NCBI RefSeq assembly: GCF_964355755.1
Contig: NC_092677.1
Location: 2,688,101 to 2,752,100, forward strand
Direction of reading: 5' to 3'
Length of the DNA stretch: 64,000 nt
From: Antedon mediterranea
Lineage: Eukaryota; Animalia; Echinodermata
In this document: piece after piece, positions 13,229-26,900 of the stretch
How the letters are laid out: the number at the start of each line of letters is the position of its first letter
Numbering within the stretch: position 1 is the stretch's first letter
Made by a program: the position numbers and the translations under genes
Notes under the pieces: generated by a model
What the model saw: only the letters and a program-made list of their open reading frames with translations
The model's database searches: none
Told to the model about the DNA's origin: nothing

Positions 13229-15250
13229 TAAGTGGGACAATAGCTTCAACTCAGTCAATCAATAATGTTATATCTAAGCTATCTAAGGCACTGTCTACAC
13301 AATCAAACTTTATGTGACAACAAAATGTGTGATGTGCCCATATTATATGGACATGATGATATCATATCACTACCATATTTGGGGCATATCACACCATATT
13401 TATGCACACCATACTGTTTTTTTGTCAAACTAGTTTGATAGTTACGACAGAGCTTAAGAAACAATTAATTTTTCAATTTCCGTTTGTTCATCCTAACGAT
13501 CATAACAAGTTCAAATGGAAGAGTTAATGCTTCAATAAAGTTTTATCTTTCTGTAATGTTTATGACAGTTATGTTTATTAATATCTTAAGATCCTAAATA
13601 AATAAAGAGAAGTAGGCAAAATGATAACCAAGGCTAGAATTAAACAGTTTAATCATGAGGAGAAACGCCCCAAATGATGGCTTATCCGTAGCCTAGTCCC
13701 CGTTGAGTTCATTGCCAAGACATTAGAAAAGTCACTTCCTTCTTTCACTACCATAGGCCCTATGCCTGCATCGGTTGGTTTGTTTAAACAACATTTGAAC
13801 ACTAAGGGCAGTTTTAGGAACTAACAATCAACTAAGTGCTTTCGATTAAAAGAACGAGAGCGAGTAGACAACGTGTATTATTTGGATATAACGGTTTACA
13901 CTAATAAAACTACTAATTTTATTAGTTTAAAATCTCCAGTTGTTGGTCATACATACCAATGAGTAATAAATGCATATCAATTGGAATATAAAATATACCT
14001 GTGATTGGGGTTATTCCAAGGTAATGACTTGAAATATATGTTTGTTTTTATTTGGAGGTTCAGACCTAAAGCCAAATTGGCTTAATGAAATCCCCACACA
14101 CATTTTTTATCATTTATATTTTTTTTTAAATGTATGTATTGTTATATTTTTGTGTAAAATAAAATCTGAAACTGAACTGAACTGAAAGTAGGCCTACCTC
14201 TGAATTATTGGTAAAATTTCTAATTAGATCAGAACGATAATATCAATTATTAATGAATATGATCAATCTGTTCATTTTTTATTTCGGTTTGTCTAATAAA
14301 TTACGCTGACCCAAAAAATCGTGGAATATGGCAGTTTACTGACTGTCAACTGATGGTGTTGGATATCGTAAGTATATGATGATATGACAAATGGTAATAA
14401 CTTATGCGAACGATCGAAGTTCGATGAGTGACGTAAGATGATTTGACAGTTGACGCGTTTCTTACACTTGCAACGCAAATAATTCATTGATGTTTTGATC
14501 GCGATTTGTCGATGGTTGAGATGAGGCTATTTAACCGGCAGCTTTGCATAGTAATAATATTTATATAATGTAATTATTCATTCAAAATTCCAGTTAAGCA
14601 TACTACTAAACACTTCGTAGTAGTTTATTCGTCATTATAAAGTTGTATTTGAAGTATTTCATTCAAAATATCTATTTAAATAAAGGAAAAGTATTGTCTA
14701 TTTACACGGAAATGTCGTCTGCTTAGCTCCTTCGAAACCATTTCACATACCAAGTTGTTTTTGCTAAGAATCAGGTCGTAGTGTCTTTTGTAGTTTCTTA
14801 AATGCTGATTTTATGTGATTACAATCTCTGTTTTATCGTATAATTGAACAGTAATACGATAACAGTAATTTAAAGCTGTGTTTAGAAGGTAAAATATATT
14901 GTATTATTTATAATAATATTTGTTAGGCTCAAGCCCAGCATATGCAGCACGCAGGCCACCCGCAGCAGCAGCACGACGGCTACGGCACGCAGGTAATAGG
15001 TGGAGGCTGGCTAAACAATACATAGGCCTAGCCTAAATTCATAGGCCTAGAGGTTTGCTTTTTAATTGTTTTTACATACTTTTCAGTAATTCTGAATTTA
15101 AGGTTAAAACTAAAATACATTTATTTTTTATTTTCTGAAAAAAAACTTTAATTGAGAGATTTAAAATTCTCTTTTTTTAGTTTTATTAAATATTATTATT
15201 AGTCTTTAAATTATTTTTATTTATTTTTTTATTTTTAATAAAGTTTGAAA

Positions 15251-18200
15251 ATGGGAGACGACACAAGAGGAGAAGGAGGTGACAGTGGCCCTGGTCAGAT
15301 TCATAAACAATTTGTTGTTATGGAAGATTTACTAGATAAACTCAAACTTCTCAATTATGAGGAAGGATTTTTGAGAAATCTTGGTTTTAAACCATTATCA
15401 AGGTAACAATTACTAAATAATATACTATTAATGTACCTTAAATCATTACTTTAAACACTTAACACAACCATGTCAATAAAAATATTAATAATATTATTTA
15501 TGTATATTTGTTATCAAAGAAGTTTTTATATAAATTTATTATTAGGTCATCTTTTTTTTTCATTGTAATTAAATTGAAGAAAAAAAAGATTACCAAAAAA
15601 AAATGCTTGCTATCAACAATATTACAAGATAACCATGGAGTGTTTACTTCATGAGATAACAGTGTTATTCATACAAGCAATTTATAATGTTTTTATTTTA
15701 TCTTCACAGGCACTATTTTGCCATAGCAACAAATCCAGGAGAGCAGTTTTTCATTTTTACATCTTTGTGTGCTTGGCTTGTTAATCTAAGTGGTAGGCAG
15801 ATGGAACAACCACAAGAGGTACATAAAGACAATTGACCATTGGTCAACCCATTATTTCAAATTTAAACTAGAGATACTCTGTTCATTAGAACATAAACCC
15901 TATCAAATGAATTTTGTGACCTTTGACCCTAAGCTGTCAACATTCCATGAATTTTACTGATTTACACACTTCAGAAGGAAATACTTATCTTATCTGGCTC
16001 ATTTGCATTATGGGTTGACAAACATCCATACAATTTTCTTATTGTTTTTACTACATAATTCCTTTTATTCATTACTATTTATCAAATGCCTCGCTCACAA
16101 TCTTGATTTTAAAAAATGGGTATAATGAAATACATTGAAATTTAAAAAAATTGTTATTTCCCAGTATGATGAACATTATTCCATACAATTTTGTTAGGAT
16201 TTATTGTTTTTACTACATAAATTATTATTTTACTTGCACTGATGAAGGGCTAGTGTTGCCCGAAAGCTCTGCTAACTTTTCTGGCTGTTTTACTCAATCA
16301 TTTTGATTTAGCTTTTCGCTTTTTGTTCTTGTATCTCCATTGAGATCCAGCCAATGATACCCACAGCATTGTCATTTTTTCAGTAATTTGCCTTTGAATT
16401 TATTTGTAAAATGCAGTTATTATATGAAATATATCTAGGATGAAATAAATTGGGATTTTAAACAAACTTGCGACAATAGAAGATGTAAAAATGAATGATT
16501 ATTTCCCAGTATGATGATCCTAATGCGACCATTTCAAGTATTCTAGATGAATTGCGTCAACTTGGTGGAACGGTAGACTTTCCACCTTCCAAGCTCAAAC
16601 AGGGTTGCGGAGAACATTGTATTTATGTACTAGATAAAATCAGTGATGAGACGCTCAAACATATCAACTTTAAATGGTCCAGGTAATATACTTATTTGTG
16701 CCCTACATTTCAGTAAACAGTTAGAATATGTTTAACCATCACACTACTTACTCAATTATTTGATCACTCACTATTTAGACCACAATACCCGCAAGAGGAA
16801 GCCGATGAAGAAGAAACAGCAGTGGACGAAGAAGAAGAGTTGACGTTGGATAAACTAGAGCAAGACTTTGTTGTAAGTAGTTAAAAGAACACATGCAATC
16901 TCACCTTCTCCTAAACGCATTACGAGTCAAATGAAGAACAATTCTGTCTTCATGCCATCTCACTTTCTCCTAAAGGCATTACAGGTCAAATGAAGAACAA
17001 TACTGTCTCTATGCCATCTCACCTTCTCCTAAAGGCATTACAGGTCAAATAAAGAACAATACTGTCTCTATGCCATCTCACCTTCTCCTAAAGGCATTAC
17101 AGGTCTAATGCAGAACAATTCTGTCTCTATACCTTCGCCTTCTGCTAAGACTTTTTTAAGTGGAACATTCAAGACTTTAACTAAATCATTTATATCACAA
17201 TCTTTATGCTAATATTTGTTTGTAGGAAGAGCATGAGGATGACATTGAAGAAGAAGGTAGTTTTCTTGATCTAGCTGGTCTTCAAAATCTGCAAGCTGCA
17301 ACGGTAAGTAGCATTAAACACACCGCCAAGTATCAATATGGATGCTACAAAGATCAGGCTCCCTGAAATACGGAAATTTCAGATTTTTTTTATGGTCCCA
17401 AATCATTGTTATTTATTTTTCATGGAAACCATTTTTTATTTATTCAGGTTTATACAATAAAAAAACATGCAGCCCGATGGCTGAAATTGTTGATTTACAA
17501 AAATATATATATATATATATGGAAACACAAATATTTAAAAAATACAAAAATTAATACAAAACATTAACAAATTTGAAAAAAATTCACTCGGACAGAAAGC
17601 AAATCATGCGCATGATAAATAATAAATGTCATGTGACCCAATATTGTCCAATCCGATTAAGGATTCTACTCTGTTATTGATATATTACATTTATTTGTTA
17701 ATATTTTCTGTTTTATAATGATAGGCAAATATGGAGAGCTCCAAGCCTGAAAATATAATGGAATCCACAACAAATGCTGATGAATGGAAACTGGAAGTGG
17801 AACGAGTGATGCCGTCATTAAAAGTGCACATCCGTACGGATAACAAAGATTGGAGAACGCATGTGGACCAGATGCATCAGCATAGAGATGGCATTGATAA
17901 TGCGTTGTCACAGACTCAGGTAAAGTTCAGTGCATAGATAGACAGTTATGACAAACTTAGTGTATAAGGTTAGACACCTCAGATCCAAGTTATGACAAGC
18001 TTAGTGTATAGGGTTAGACACCTCAGATCCAAGTTATGACAAGCTTAGTGTATAGGGTTAGACACCTCAGATCCAAGTTTAATGACAAGCTTAGTGTATA
18101 GGGTTAGACACCTCAGATCCAAGTTATGACAAGCTTAGTGTATAGGGTTAGACACCTCAGATCCAAGTTATGACAAGCTTAATGTATAGAGTTAGACAGC

Positions 18201-21200
18201 TCAGATCCAAGTTATGACAAGCTTAGTGTATAGGGTTAGACAGCTCAGATCCAAGTTATGACAAGCTTAGTGTATAGGGTTAGACAGCTCAGATCCAAGT
18301 TATGACAAGCTTAGTGTATAGGGTTAGACAGCTCAGATCCAAGTTATGACAAGCTTAGTGTATAGGGTTAGGCAACAATCCCAAGAAATTTACATTAATG
18401 TTATATTTTGTCTGCTCTTAACTTTCTAGGGACATCTTGGTAAACTACACGATGAGATCACAAAAACACTTGAAAAGATTGGCAGTCGAGAGAAATACAT
18501 CAACAACCAGCTGGAGCATCTCTTACAGGAGTTTAGGGCTATGCAAGACAGTTTGGCAGAGGTAAAGTAATGTTTAAATGATGCAGGAAAGGTCAGAGGA
18601 CAATGGTCGGATTAAAATTTACTTTACTCACCTTGCTCACTGAAAAAAAAAATATAGGATTTTTTTTATTGTTGACAGGCAAAAGAGCAATATAGGCAAG
18701 CCAGTGGTGGTGTAACAGAACGGACGAAGATTCTGGCCGAGATATCGGAAGAATTGGATAAAATTAAAGTAGAAATGGAGGAAAAAGGATCAAGCATGAC
18801 TGATGGATGTGAGTAATCATCAAAATATGGTAGTGATATGCCCAAATATGGTAGTGATATGCCTAAATATGGTAGTTACATGCTTAAATATGATAGTGAT
18901 ATGCTTAAATATGGTAATGATATGCCCAAATATTAGTAGTGATATGACATCATCATGTCCATATATATGGGCACATCACATTTTTTTGTCACATAATGTT
19001 TGATAGTGTAGACAGAGCTTTAAACAAACAGAAAAGACAAACGTCTAACATATAAATAAAACATGTGATCGGAAATCGCTTGCATGCGTCCAAAATGAGC
19101 TCTGTTTAATGTCGTATTTTTTAACTGTAAAAGCTTTAAGCGATTAAGTGATTTCTAGCGTTGAACGTTAGAGTTGAAACTCCTGTTTTCTTTCTCGACG
19201 TCGTCGTAACGCGCAAAAATAAATAGAGGACTCCCCTGCCTCTAGCAGTAGGCTCACAGTGTAGGAGACGTGGGCCTAGGCATACTAATATCTCTATACT
19301 GATGGTTCTTCGTTCTCAGTAGGCCGATCCTAGTCCAAATAGTATTTTGGACTAGGCTGAAGACTTTGACCTATGCAAAGTGGCGCTGTGCAACACGGCG
19401 ACACAGCTCGTCTCATTGTCTCACTATTGTTACTCATTTTTTGACGTTATTTTCGTATATTTGGACTGTATTGTATTGTGGACGAAGTCATTTGATTTAT
19501 ACATTATGTTGTATGTGAAAGTTTTGAAATTTCTGTATTTTTTGCTGATATTTTGGCTGTTCTTACTGTGTGGATTGAGTAAGCCGGGCGGTGGAATTGC
19601 GTACACGTCATCTGATTTGCATTCCATGGGCGAGAGGTCGACCTCACCGCTACTGGCACACGTTGAATTACCATCTGAGATACAACGTCGCAGGCTTCGG
19701 AAAAGGGGCAAGGCTGGTGGGGTCAGAAAGCGACTACAACGAAGGAAATGAAAGCCTTTTATACCATCTTTAATATTTGGAAATGTAAGATCTTTGAATA
19801 ACAAAGTCGATTTACTCAGAGCAAACGTCGAACACTTCAGCGATTTTAGGAATGCCAGCTTACTTGCATTCACGGAAACCCACCTGAGCGATAAGCATAG
19901 CGATCAACATATTCAAGTAGTTGGCTTTAAATCTGTTCGTGGGGATCGTACAGCCGAAGCGAACAAAGATGGCGGTGGTGGTCTTTGCCTCTACATTAAT
20001 GAGAAATACTGTCATCCAAATAACTTTACGCTTAAGCTTCATAAATGTTCGCCACACTCGGAAGTGCTGGTTGTTGGTATTCGCCCCTACTATCTTCCGA
20101 GAGAGTTCTCGCATGTTATCAATGTTATGGTATACATACCTAACAAAAAGCTTGAAAAGCCTGCTATAAATGAGATCGCAGAAATTATCGAAGGTATTGA
20201 GTGTAGTCACCCTGAGGCGCTTGTAATTATCAATGGCGATTTCAACAGATGCAAGCTCAAGAAAACAACGGCCACTTATTATCAGCATGTTACATGTAAA
20301 ACGAGGGACAACGCGATTCTTGATTTATGCTACTCTAGTGTGAAGGATGCCTATATTTCGACCCCACTACCGAACTTGGGCAAATCTGATCATAATTTGA
20401 TTTTACTCAGTCCTAAATATCGCCCGTTAAATAAGACATGCCAACCAAAAATTATTAATGTACGTAAATGGTCTCCTGAAGCCGAGGAAGCCCTGATAGC
20501 GGAATTTGAATCTACCGATTGGGATATTTTTACGGAGGATGAAGATTTGAATAGTATTACTTATGCAGTGAGCTCGTACATAAACTTTTGTATTGATAAA
20601 TGCGTTCCAGTTAAAAAAGTGAAAATCTACCCTAACAACAAGCCATGGATCACGAAAGGCGTTAAATTACTGTTGTGTGAGAAACGTAAAGCCTTTAAGA
20701 TGGGCGACTCTAATCGTATGAAAATATTGACTAGAGAGATTAAATCTGAAATAATGAAACAGAAGAACATTTATAGGAAAAAAGTTGAACATAACTTCAG
20801 GTCTAATAATATGAAACAAGTTTGGCAGGGTATGAAACTTATGAGTGGTTACACAAACGGTGGTAATACACCCACCTCGATTCCGAATGTTACTGTGCAA
20901 TATGTTAATGAGTTAAATGAATTTTATAACCGTTTTAATGTTCATGATTTTAAAAAAGAAAGAGAGGCTCTATTTAGCTTGTGTCGGGTGACTGAAGATG
21001 ATCCCAAATTTAGTATAAGCATTTCTGATGTACATAACGAATTCATGAAACTCAATTCATCGAAGGCTGCTGGGCCGGATAGAATCCCACCACGAGTACT
21101 TAAGGTCTGCTCTCCTCACCTTGATGGTATATTTACATTTATTTTCAATATGTGTCTTTCTTATCATGCGTTCCCGGATATTTGGAAACTTTCATGCATA

Positions 21201-22535
21201 ATACCGGTACCTAAGAAACCTAAGATTAACAGCATGAATGATTTGAGACCCGTTGCACTCACGTCTGTCGCGATGAAAATATTGGAACGTATTATTTTAA
21301 AAATTATGCAACCTTATGCTGAAAAAGTGTTAGACCCGTTGCAATTTGCTTACCGATCACTCCGTAGTACCAGTGATGCGATTTATTTTAAATTACATAA
21401 ATTGTATTCACATCTAGATAATGTAAAGAAAGGCCACTCGGCACGTATTATGTATTTTGATTTTCAATCTGCGTTTAATACCATACAACCCCATATCTTA
21501 GCAGACAAAATGTTGAATATGGAGTTTCCCCGTCCGATTGTTCGTTTAGTTTTAAATTTCATTTGTGATAGAAAACAATTTGTTAATATTAATGGTGTTA
21601 CGAAATCGTAACCTCTGACACCGGTGTTCCTCAGGGTACTGTCAACGCACCTAAATTATATTCCTTGTATACGGCGGATTACAGATCTTTAAATGATGAG
21701 CTTTGCCCCGTTGTTAAATTCGCTGATGACACTAGTACTATTGGTCTCATAGTTTCAAACAATGATGAAAATTATCGTAGCGAAATACAAAGATTTGTTA
21801 AATTTTGTGACGATAATTATCTCCAAATAAATGCATCAAAAACAAAGGAGATGATCATTGATTTTAGGACTAAACATAAATTTAATTTTCAACCAATCAC
21901 TATCAAAGGTAAAGAAATTGAAATTGTTGACCAGTACAAGTATCTAGGAATTGTTTTCAATGATAAACTGAGTTGGGGAGACCATATAGACTTCATCAGC
22001 AAAAAATTAAGTCCCAGAATGTATTGTATGAGAACTTTATTTAAATTTAACTCCTGTGATTTGATGTTACTTTCGTTCTATAGATCCGTTATATGTAGTG
22101 TTTGGACGTATTGCCTCTCCTGTTGGGCTGGTAATGTTACCGGAGGGAATAAAGGACGCCTTGAAACTTTCATCCGTTGGGCTGGTAAAATGATTGGTCT
22201 GGAACTGCCTTCCTTTACCGATGTGCACCTAGAACACCTCCAGAAAGATTTCGAACGCATTGAGTCGGATGCCTCTCATCCTCTCCACAAAGTGATCATA
22301 GACCAACTTAATCCAAGTGGTAGATTGAGGCTCCTCAGTGTGAAAACAAATCGATTTGCTAAATCCTTTATTCCCTCCGGTATCATCCAGTACAACAGGA
22401 AGTCAAGAAGATAATTTTATATTGTAATTTTTTAGATGTTTTTATATGAATGGTTTTATGCTATATTTGTTTTTATAGTGTTTTCTTTGTTTTTATGACG
22501 AGCAATGAATTTCCTTTTTGAGGATCAATAAAAGT

Positions 22536-22566
<31 letters not shown>

Positions 22567-23260
22567 CCTAATATCCACGCGCCTACTTTCCGGAACATCA
22601 TTTTATAGTAATTTGGTAAGGCTAGGCCTAGCTTTGACCGTGCCGCGATGCAACAAAAATAAAACGTAATCAGCAGAATTTGCCATCAATTATGTGACGT
22701 CATGTGCTGTATCGCCATGATGATTGGTCAGTTTTTACGTTTTAGCGTTGCGATATCGCTAGAGTTGAACTGGATTCAACTCTTGCGATTGTCAACGATT
22801 GCGACTTGTAGCGTCGATTACCGTCGATTATTACACCTTTTCCTGTAAATCGCCGACATTTTGTATCGTCATCGTTAGTTAAAAAAGTCCCTTTTCCTGT
22901 AAATCGTTAACATTTCTATGTTTACGTTGAAGATCGCCGATTTTTGTTAACGATAGCGTCGAATAACGTCGACAGGAAAACAGGCTTTACTTTAAATTGA
23001 ATTGTGTCAAATCTGATATACATTCTATCATGTTATATATAAATTCATTTCTTTGATATTATTCTTTTTTCTCAGCCCCACTTGTAAAGATAAAGCAAGC
23101 ATTGCAGCGACTCAAGAACGAAATTCTACAAATGGATATCCGGATAGGAACGGTGGAACACACGTTATTAGCAGGCAAACTTAAGGATAAATCAAATCTA
23201 CAAAAAGACATGAACAAAACATTAACAACGTCACAATATGATGACTACAAGCAGTACTGA
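15251..23260 (+). CDS. IFT57: Intraflagellar transport protein 57 homolog, 9 coding exons, 415 aa
   Basis: Exons 15251-15402, 15710-15818, 16510-16682, 16779-16872, 17226-17303, 17725-17919, 18430-18561, 18679-18808 and 23076-23260. All introns are GT-AG with consistent phases; total 1248 nt. Recognisable motifs: FVVMEDLLDKLKLL, HYFA..TNPGEQF, EYDDPNATIS, DFPPSKLKQG.GEH, EWKLEVERV.P.LKV.IRTDNKDWR.HVDQM, EKYINNQLE, MTDGSPLVKIKQAL, MDIRIGTVEHTLL. Confidence 0.96.
16236..16272 (+). ncRNA. Minimal type I hammerhead ribozyme motif, probably from a Penelope-like element remnant (~16220-16382)
   Basis: GCA-CTGATGA-A-GGGC(tagtgtt)GCCC-GAAA-GC-TC-TGC. It has stem I GCA/TGC, the conserved CUGAUGA and GAAA boxes, stem II GGGC/GCCC, a palindromic AGCT stem III, and predicted cleavage after C16269. 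Confidence 0.75.
16892..17148 (+). repeat. 59-bp minisatellite, ~4 units, IFT57 intron 4
   Basis: Units start at 16892, 16951, 17010 and 17069. Confidence 0.9.
17945..18371 (+). repeat. 44-bp minisatellite, ~10 units, IFT57 intron 6
   Basis: Unit GTTATGACAAGCTTAGTGTATAGGGTTAGACA(C/G)CTCAGATCCAA. Confidence 0.95.
19374..22565 (+). mobile_element. Near full-length non-LTR retrotransposon (Rex1/Babar-like, CR1/L2 group) in the last IFT57 intron
   Basis: APE endonuclease (GNVRSLNNK, FTETHL, GDFN, LDL, SDH) plus RT (KAAGPD, LRPVALTS, QFAYR, DFQSAFNTI, GVPQG, KFADD). Ends in AATAAA and a (TATCT)n tail; possible TSD ACCTA at 19369-19373 and 22566-22570. Confidence 0.93.
19380..22414 (+). pseudogene. 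LINE ORF (APE endonuclease + reverse transcriptase) disrupted by one in-frame stop and one frameshift
   Basis: ORFs 19380-19751 and 19794-21611 share a frame and are separated by TGA at 19749-19751. A frameshift near 21600 leads into ORF 21665-22414 (TGVPQGTV..YTAD..KFADD). The true start codon is uncertain. Confidence 0.88.
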
Positions 23261-23995
23261 GAAGAAGTCAATTATGAAATATGAACTATAGATAATACGG
23301 AGAAAAAGTCAATATCATAATGACACATTCTGCATTCTGATGTTGGCTGAAAGTACCTCTAAAAAAAAACACTGTACTATGCCAAAAAAACGAAACTGTA
23401 TTAACACCTCTGTTTGGACTTGTTGGGGTACATGTCATATTAAAGTGGACACCCTTGTTAGGGTAAAAATATCCTTTAATAATAATAATACTTTCTTTTT
23501 TATCAAACTTTGTTTATTGAAATTTAAAAAAATAGATACAAATAAATTATATAAAAATATTAAATTAAAAAGACACCCATGTACAAGTATTAACTTGTTG
23601 TAGATGTGTATATTAATAGAATAGTATTAAAGAATTGAAATTTCATATAAGTTAATTGTGCATTAAATTTACATACTGTAATACTGTACATAATTAATAC
23701 ACCTTGATGTGGTATTTTCTGTTGACGTATTTCAGCGCTTTTAAACATAGATAATATGTCGATAAATTTAATAAATTTGTTGTAAAATTTTATAGCATGT
23801 TCGTATTTTTTTGTTTAACTTGAAAATAAAATACAATGGAAGTATGATACTGACGCGTTTGATAATTGACAAACGCATGTTGACGTACTACCGCCATTGA
23901 GAGAAAAAAACTAGAGTGCAGACATACTGTCGCCGCGCGCGGGGATAGAGAAGGGTTTTTAGGTCTAAAATCTGGTTTGGCTTTAGGTGATAGTC

Positions 23996-26900
23996 ATGAT
24001 GGATCCATTCCAAAATAAGGAAGGCGATCCAGAACTTGTTGATTTTCTTTCAAAAGTTGATGAAATTGGTTAGTAAAAACATGGAGTAACTTATTCTTTA
24101 CTCCACCATGGTAAAAATTGTAAGGGATCAGGTGCCGTTTTCGGCCACCTCGACTTATATGGACTATACCATTATTATGGTAGGGGTGTGGTGTGTATTA
24201 TGTTTTATGTATAGAAGGGTGTCTATTGAATGGGAAGACAATACAATTGTTCTGTTATGTAACATACAGTACAAACTACTGTACAAGAAACAATACAGAA
24301 CATCAAAAACTAGCAAGCATGCACTTTTTAATAAGGCATGTTATTACTGTATTAGGCACTGTGTTACGCAATGCCAAGATTTTGTAACAATATTACTATA
24401 TTAACTAGGCCTATGTATAACTTACTTACTAATACTATAATAAAAACTAACCTAAACACTATAGTATAATCAAAATTAAAACATATTAAATACTATGTTA
24501 TGCCTCTCTTGATTTCAACACATTACATTTTAGTACAATCGGATTCGAAATTAGAAAATCTTAAATACTAAGTAGATAGGTAGATAAATCATATTTTTTA
24601 TTTGCAAGGGATAAATCTCAACATCATGGATTTGAACCTGGTATCGGTAGACGAACATAATTGAAGATTCATTGACATAATTATATGTTTTTTGTTTGTT
24701 TTACCTCACCAGATACATTTACATTTAATTCTAAGTGTAAAACGAATTAGATACAGAAACACAATTCATATTCATTGACATAATTATATGTTTATTTGTT
24801 TTACTGATTACTGATACATTTACATTTAATGTTAAATGTAAATAAATGAAACGAATGTAGATACAGAAACAAAATGGTAACAGATTCATTAACGTAATTA
24901 TATGTATGTTTTCTTTAGGCCTACTGATCACCTGATACATTTACTTTTAATGTTAAATGTAAATAAATGAAACGATTGTAGATACAGAAACAAAATGGTA
25001 ACAGATTCATTGACGATATATATATTATGTATTTTTGTTTTATACGACGACTCGGCTATAGTTGGATACGATTATTCTCTGTACCTTTCTGAGATTATTC
25101 GATTTACCGATTATGGCAACAATTTTCTTGAAATAAACATAAATAAACGAAAGAAATAAGAATTGATTTTCGAAAACATTGGTCTGACAGTATACATTAC
25201 TTAAAGGAAAGGAGGCAGAGATTGTTAACAATTATAAGTATCTGGGAGTAGTGTTTGATTAAAGCTTAAATAGGTGGACATGTTGATCATATAGTTAAGA
25301 AGTTAAATACAAGGCTGACTGCTTGAGGAAACTCAATTCTTTGGGGTAAAGCAGGATATTTGTACTATAGAATGTTTTACTAATCAGTGATGTTCTATTT
25401 GGGGATATTGTATGTTGGGCTGAGAATATTTAGTAAGTGAATGTGGGGATCACCAAATTGAGAAGGTGCTGGGAGCGGGGAAAGTATAAATTGGCTTGTC
25501 TATGCAATTGCTTGACTCGTTCTACAGCGAACAGCTTGCCGATGTATTCCATGCTATATTGGAAGACATGAATCATCCTCTTCATTGCGACATTATCAGC
25601 TCCGTTTTGCATTCGTTATTGTAACGTTTTGATGCAAAAGTTGTTCAATTAGAACATGTAGGCCTATTTCTACACAGAACGTTTAAATACGTGAAATGTT
25701 CTGTGTTTTCTGGGAACAAAATGGTACAGATTCATTGACATAATTTTAATGTTTATTTGTTTTACTGATTACCTAATAATCAGTATGTGATAGATCTTAT
25801 TAAATGTACTACTGTCATCTTTGTTAAATATACTACTGTGTTATCGTTAGATAAATTATATTTTTTATTTGTAACTGGAATAAAAACTAATTTCTTTATA
25901 GGCCTATACTTTCTGTATCCGTAAAAAGTATTCAATATCCACCTTAGGGAATCCACCTAATATCCATTTTAGGGAATGATACCTAAAATTTATATAGAAA
26001 TAAAGAGCCATAATATACTGTATTAACTTGAAAGCTAAAATTGATTCTACAGCGTGTAGGGCGTAGTTGTTTTCCCTTTGTTGCTGAAACATAATGCACT
26101 AAACAAAAGAACAAAAGCAGCAGTATTTTAACACATTAGCACACTCAAATAATAAATGGGACACCCCTATTTTCCCATCTTTTTATAATGGTATAGTCCA
26201 TACAAGTCGAGGTGGCCGAAAACGGCACCGGATCAGGTGCCGTTTTCGGCCACCTCGACTTATATGGACTATACCATTATTATGGTAGGGGTGTGGTGTG
26301 TATTATGTTTTATGTATAGAAGGGTGTCTATTGAATGGGAAGACAATACAATTGTTCTGTTATGTAACATACAGTACAAACTACTGTACAAGAAACAATA
26401 CAGAACATCAAAAACTAGCAAGCATGCACTTTTTAATAAGGCATGTTATTACTGTATTAGGCACTGTGTTACGCAATGCCAAGATTTTGTAACAATATTA
26501 CTATATTAACTAGGCCTATGTATAACTTACTTACTAATACTATAATAAAAACTAACCTAAACACTATAGTATAATCAAAATTAAAACATATTAAATACTA
26601 TGTTATGCCTCTCTTGATTTCAACACATTACATTTTAGTACAATCGGATTCGAAATTAGAAAATCTTAAATACTAAGTAGATAGGTAGATAAATCATATT
26701 TTTTATTTGCAAGGGATAAATCTCAACATCATGGATTTGAACCTGGTATCGGTAGACGAACATAATTGAAGATTCATTGACATAATTATATGTTTTTTGT
26801 TTGTTTTACCTCACCAGATACATTTACATTTAATTCTAAGTGTAAAACGAATTAGATACAGAAACACAATTCATATTCATTGACATAATTATATGTTTAT

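Noticed and set aside
19430-20288. Antisense ORFs 19430-19873 and 19860-20288
   Set aside because: Shadow ORFs of the LINE coding strand with no recognisable motifs.
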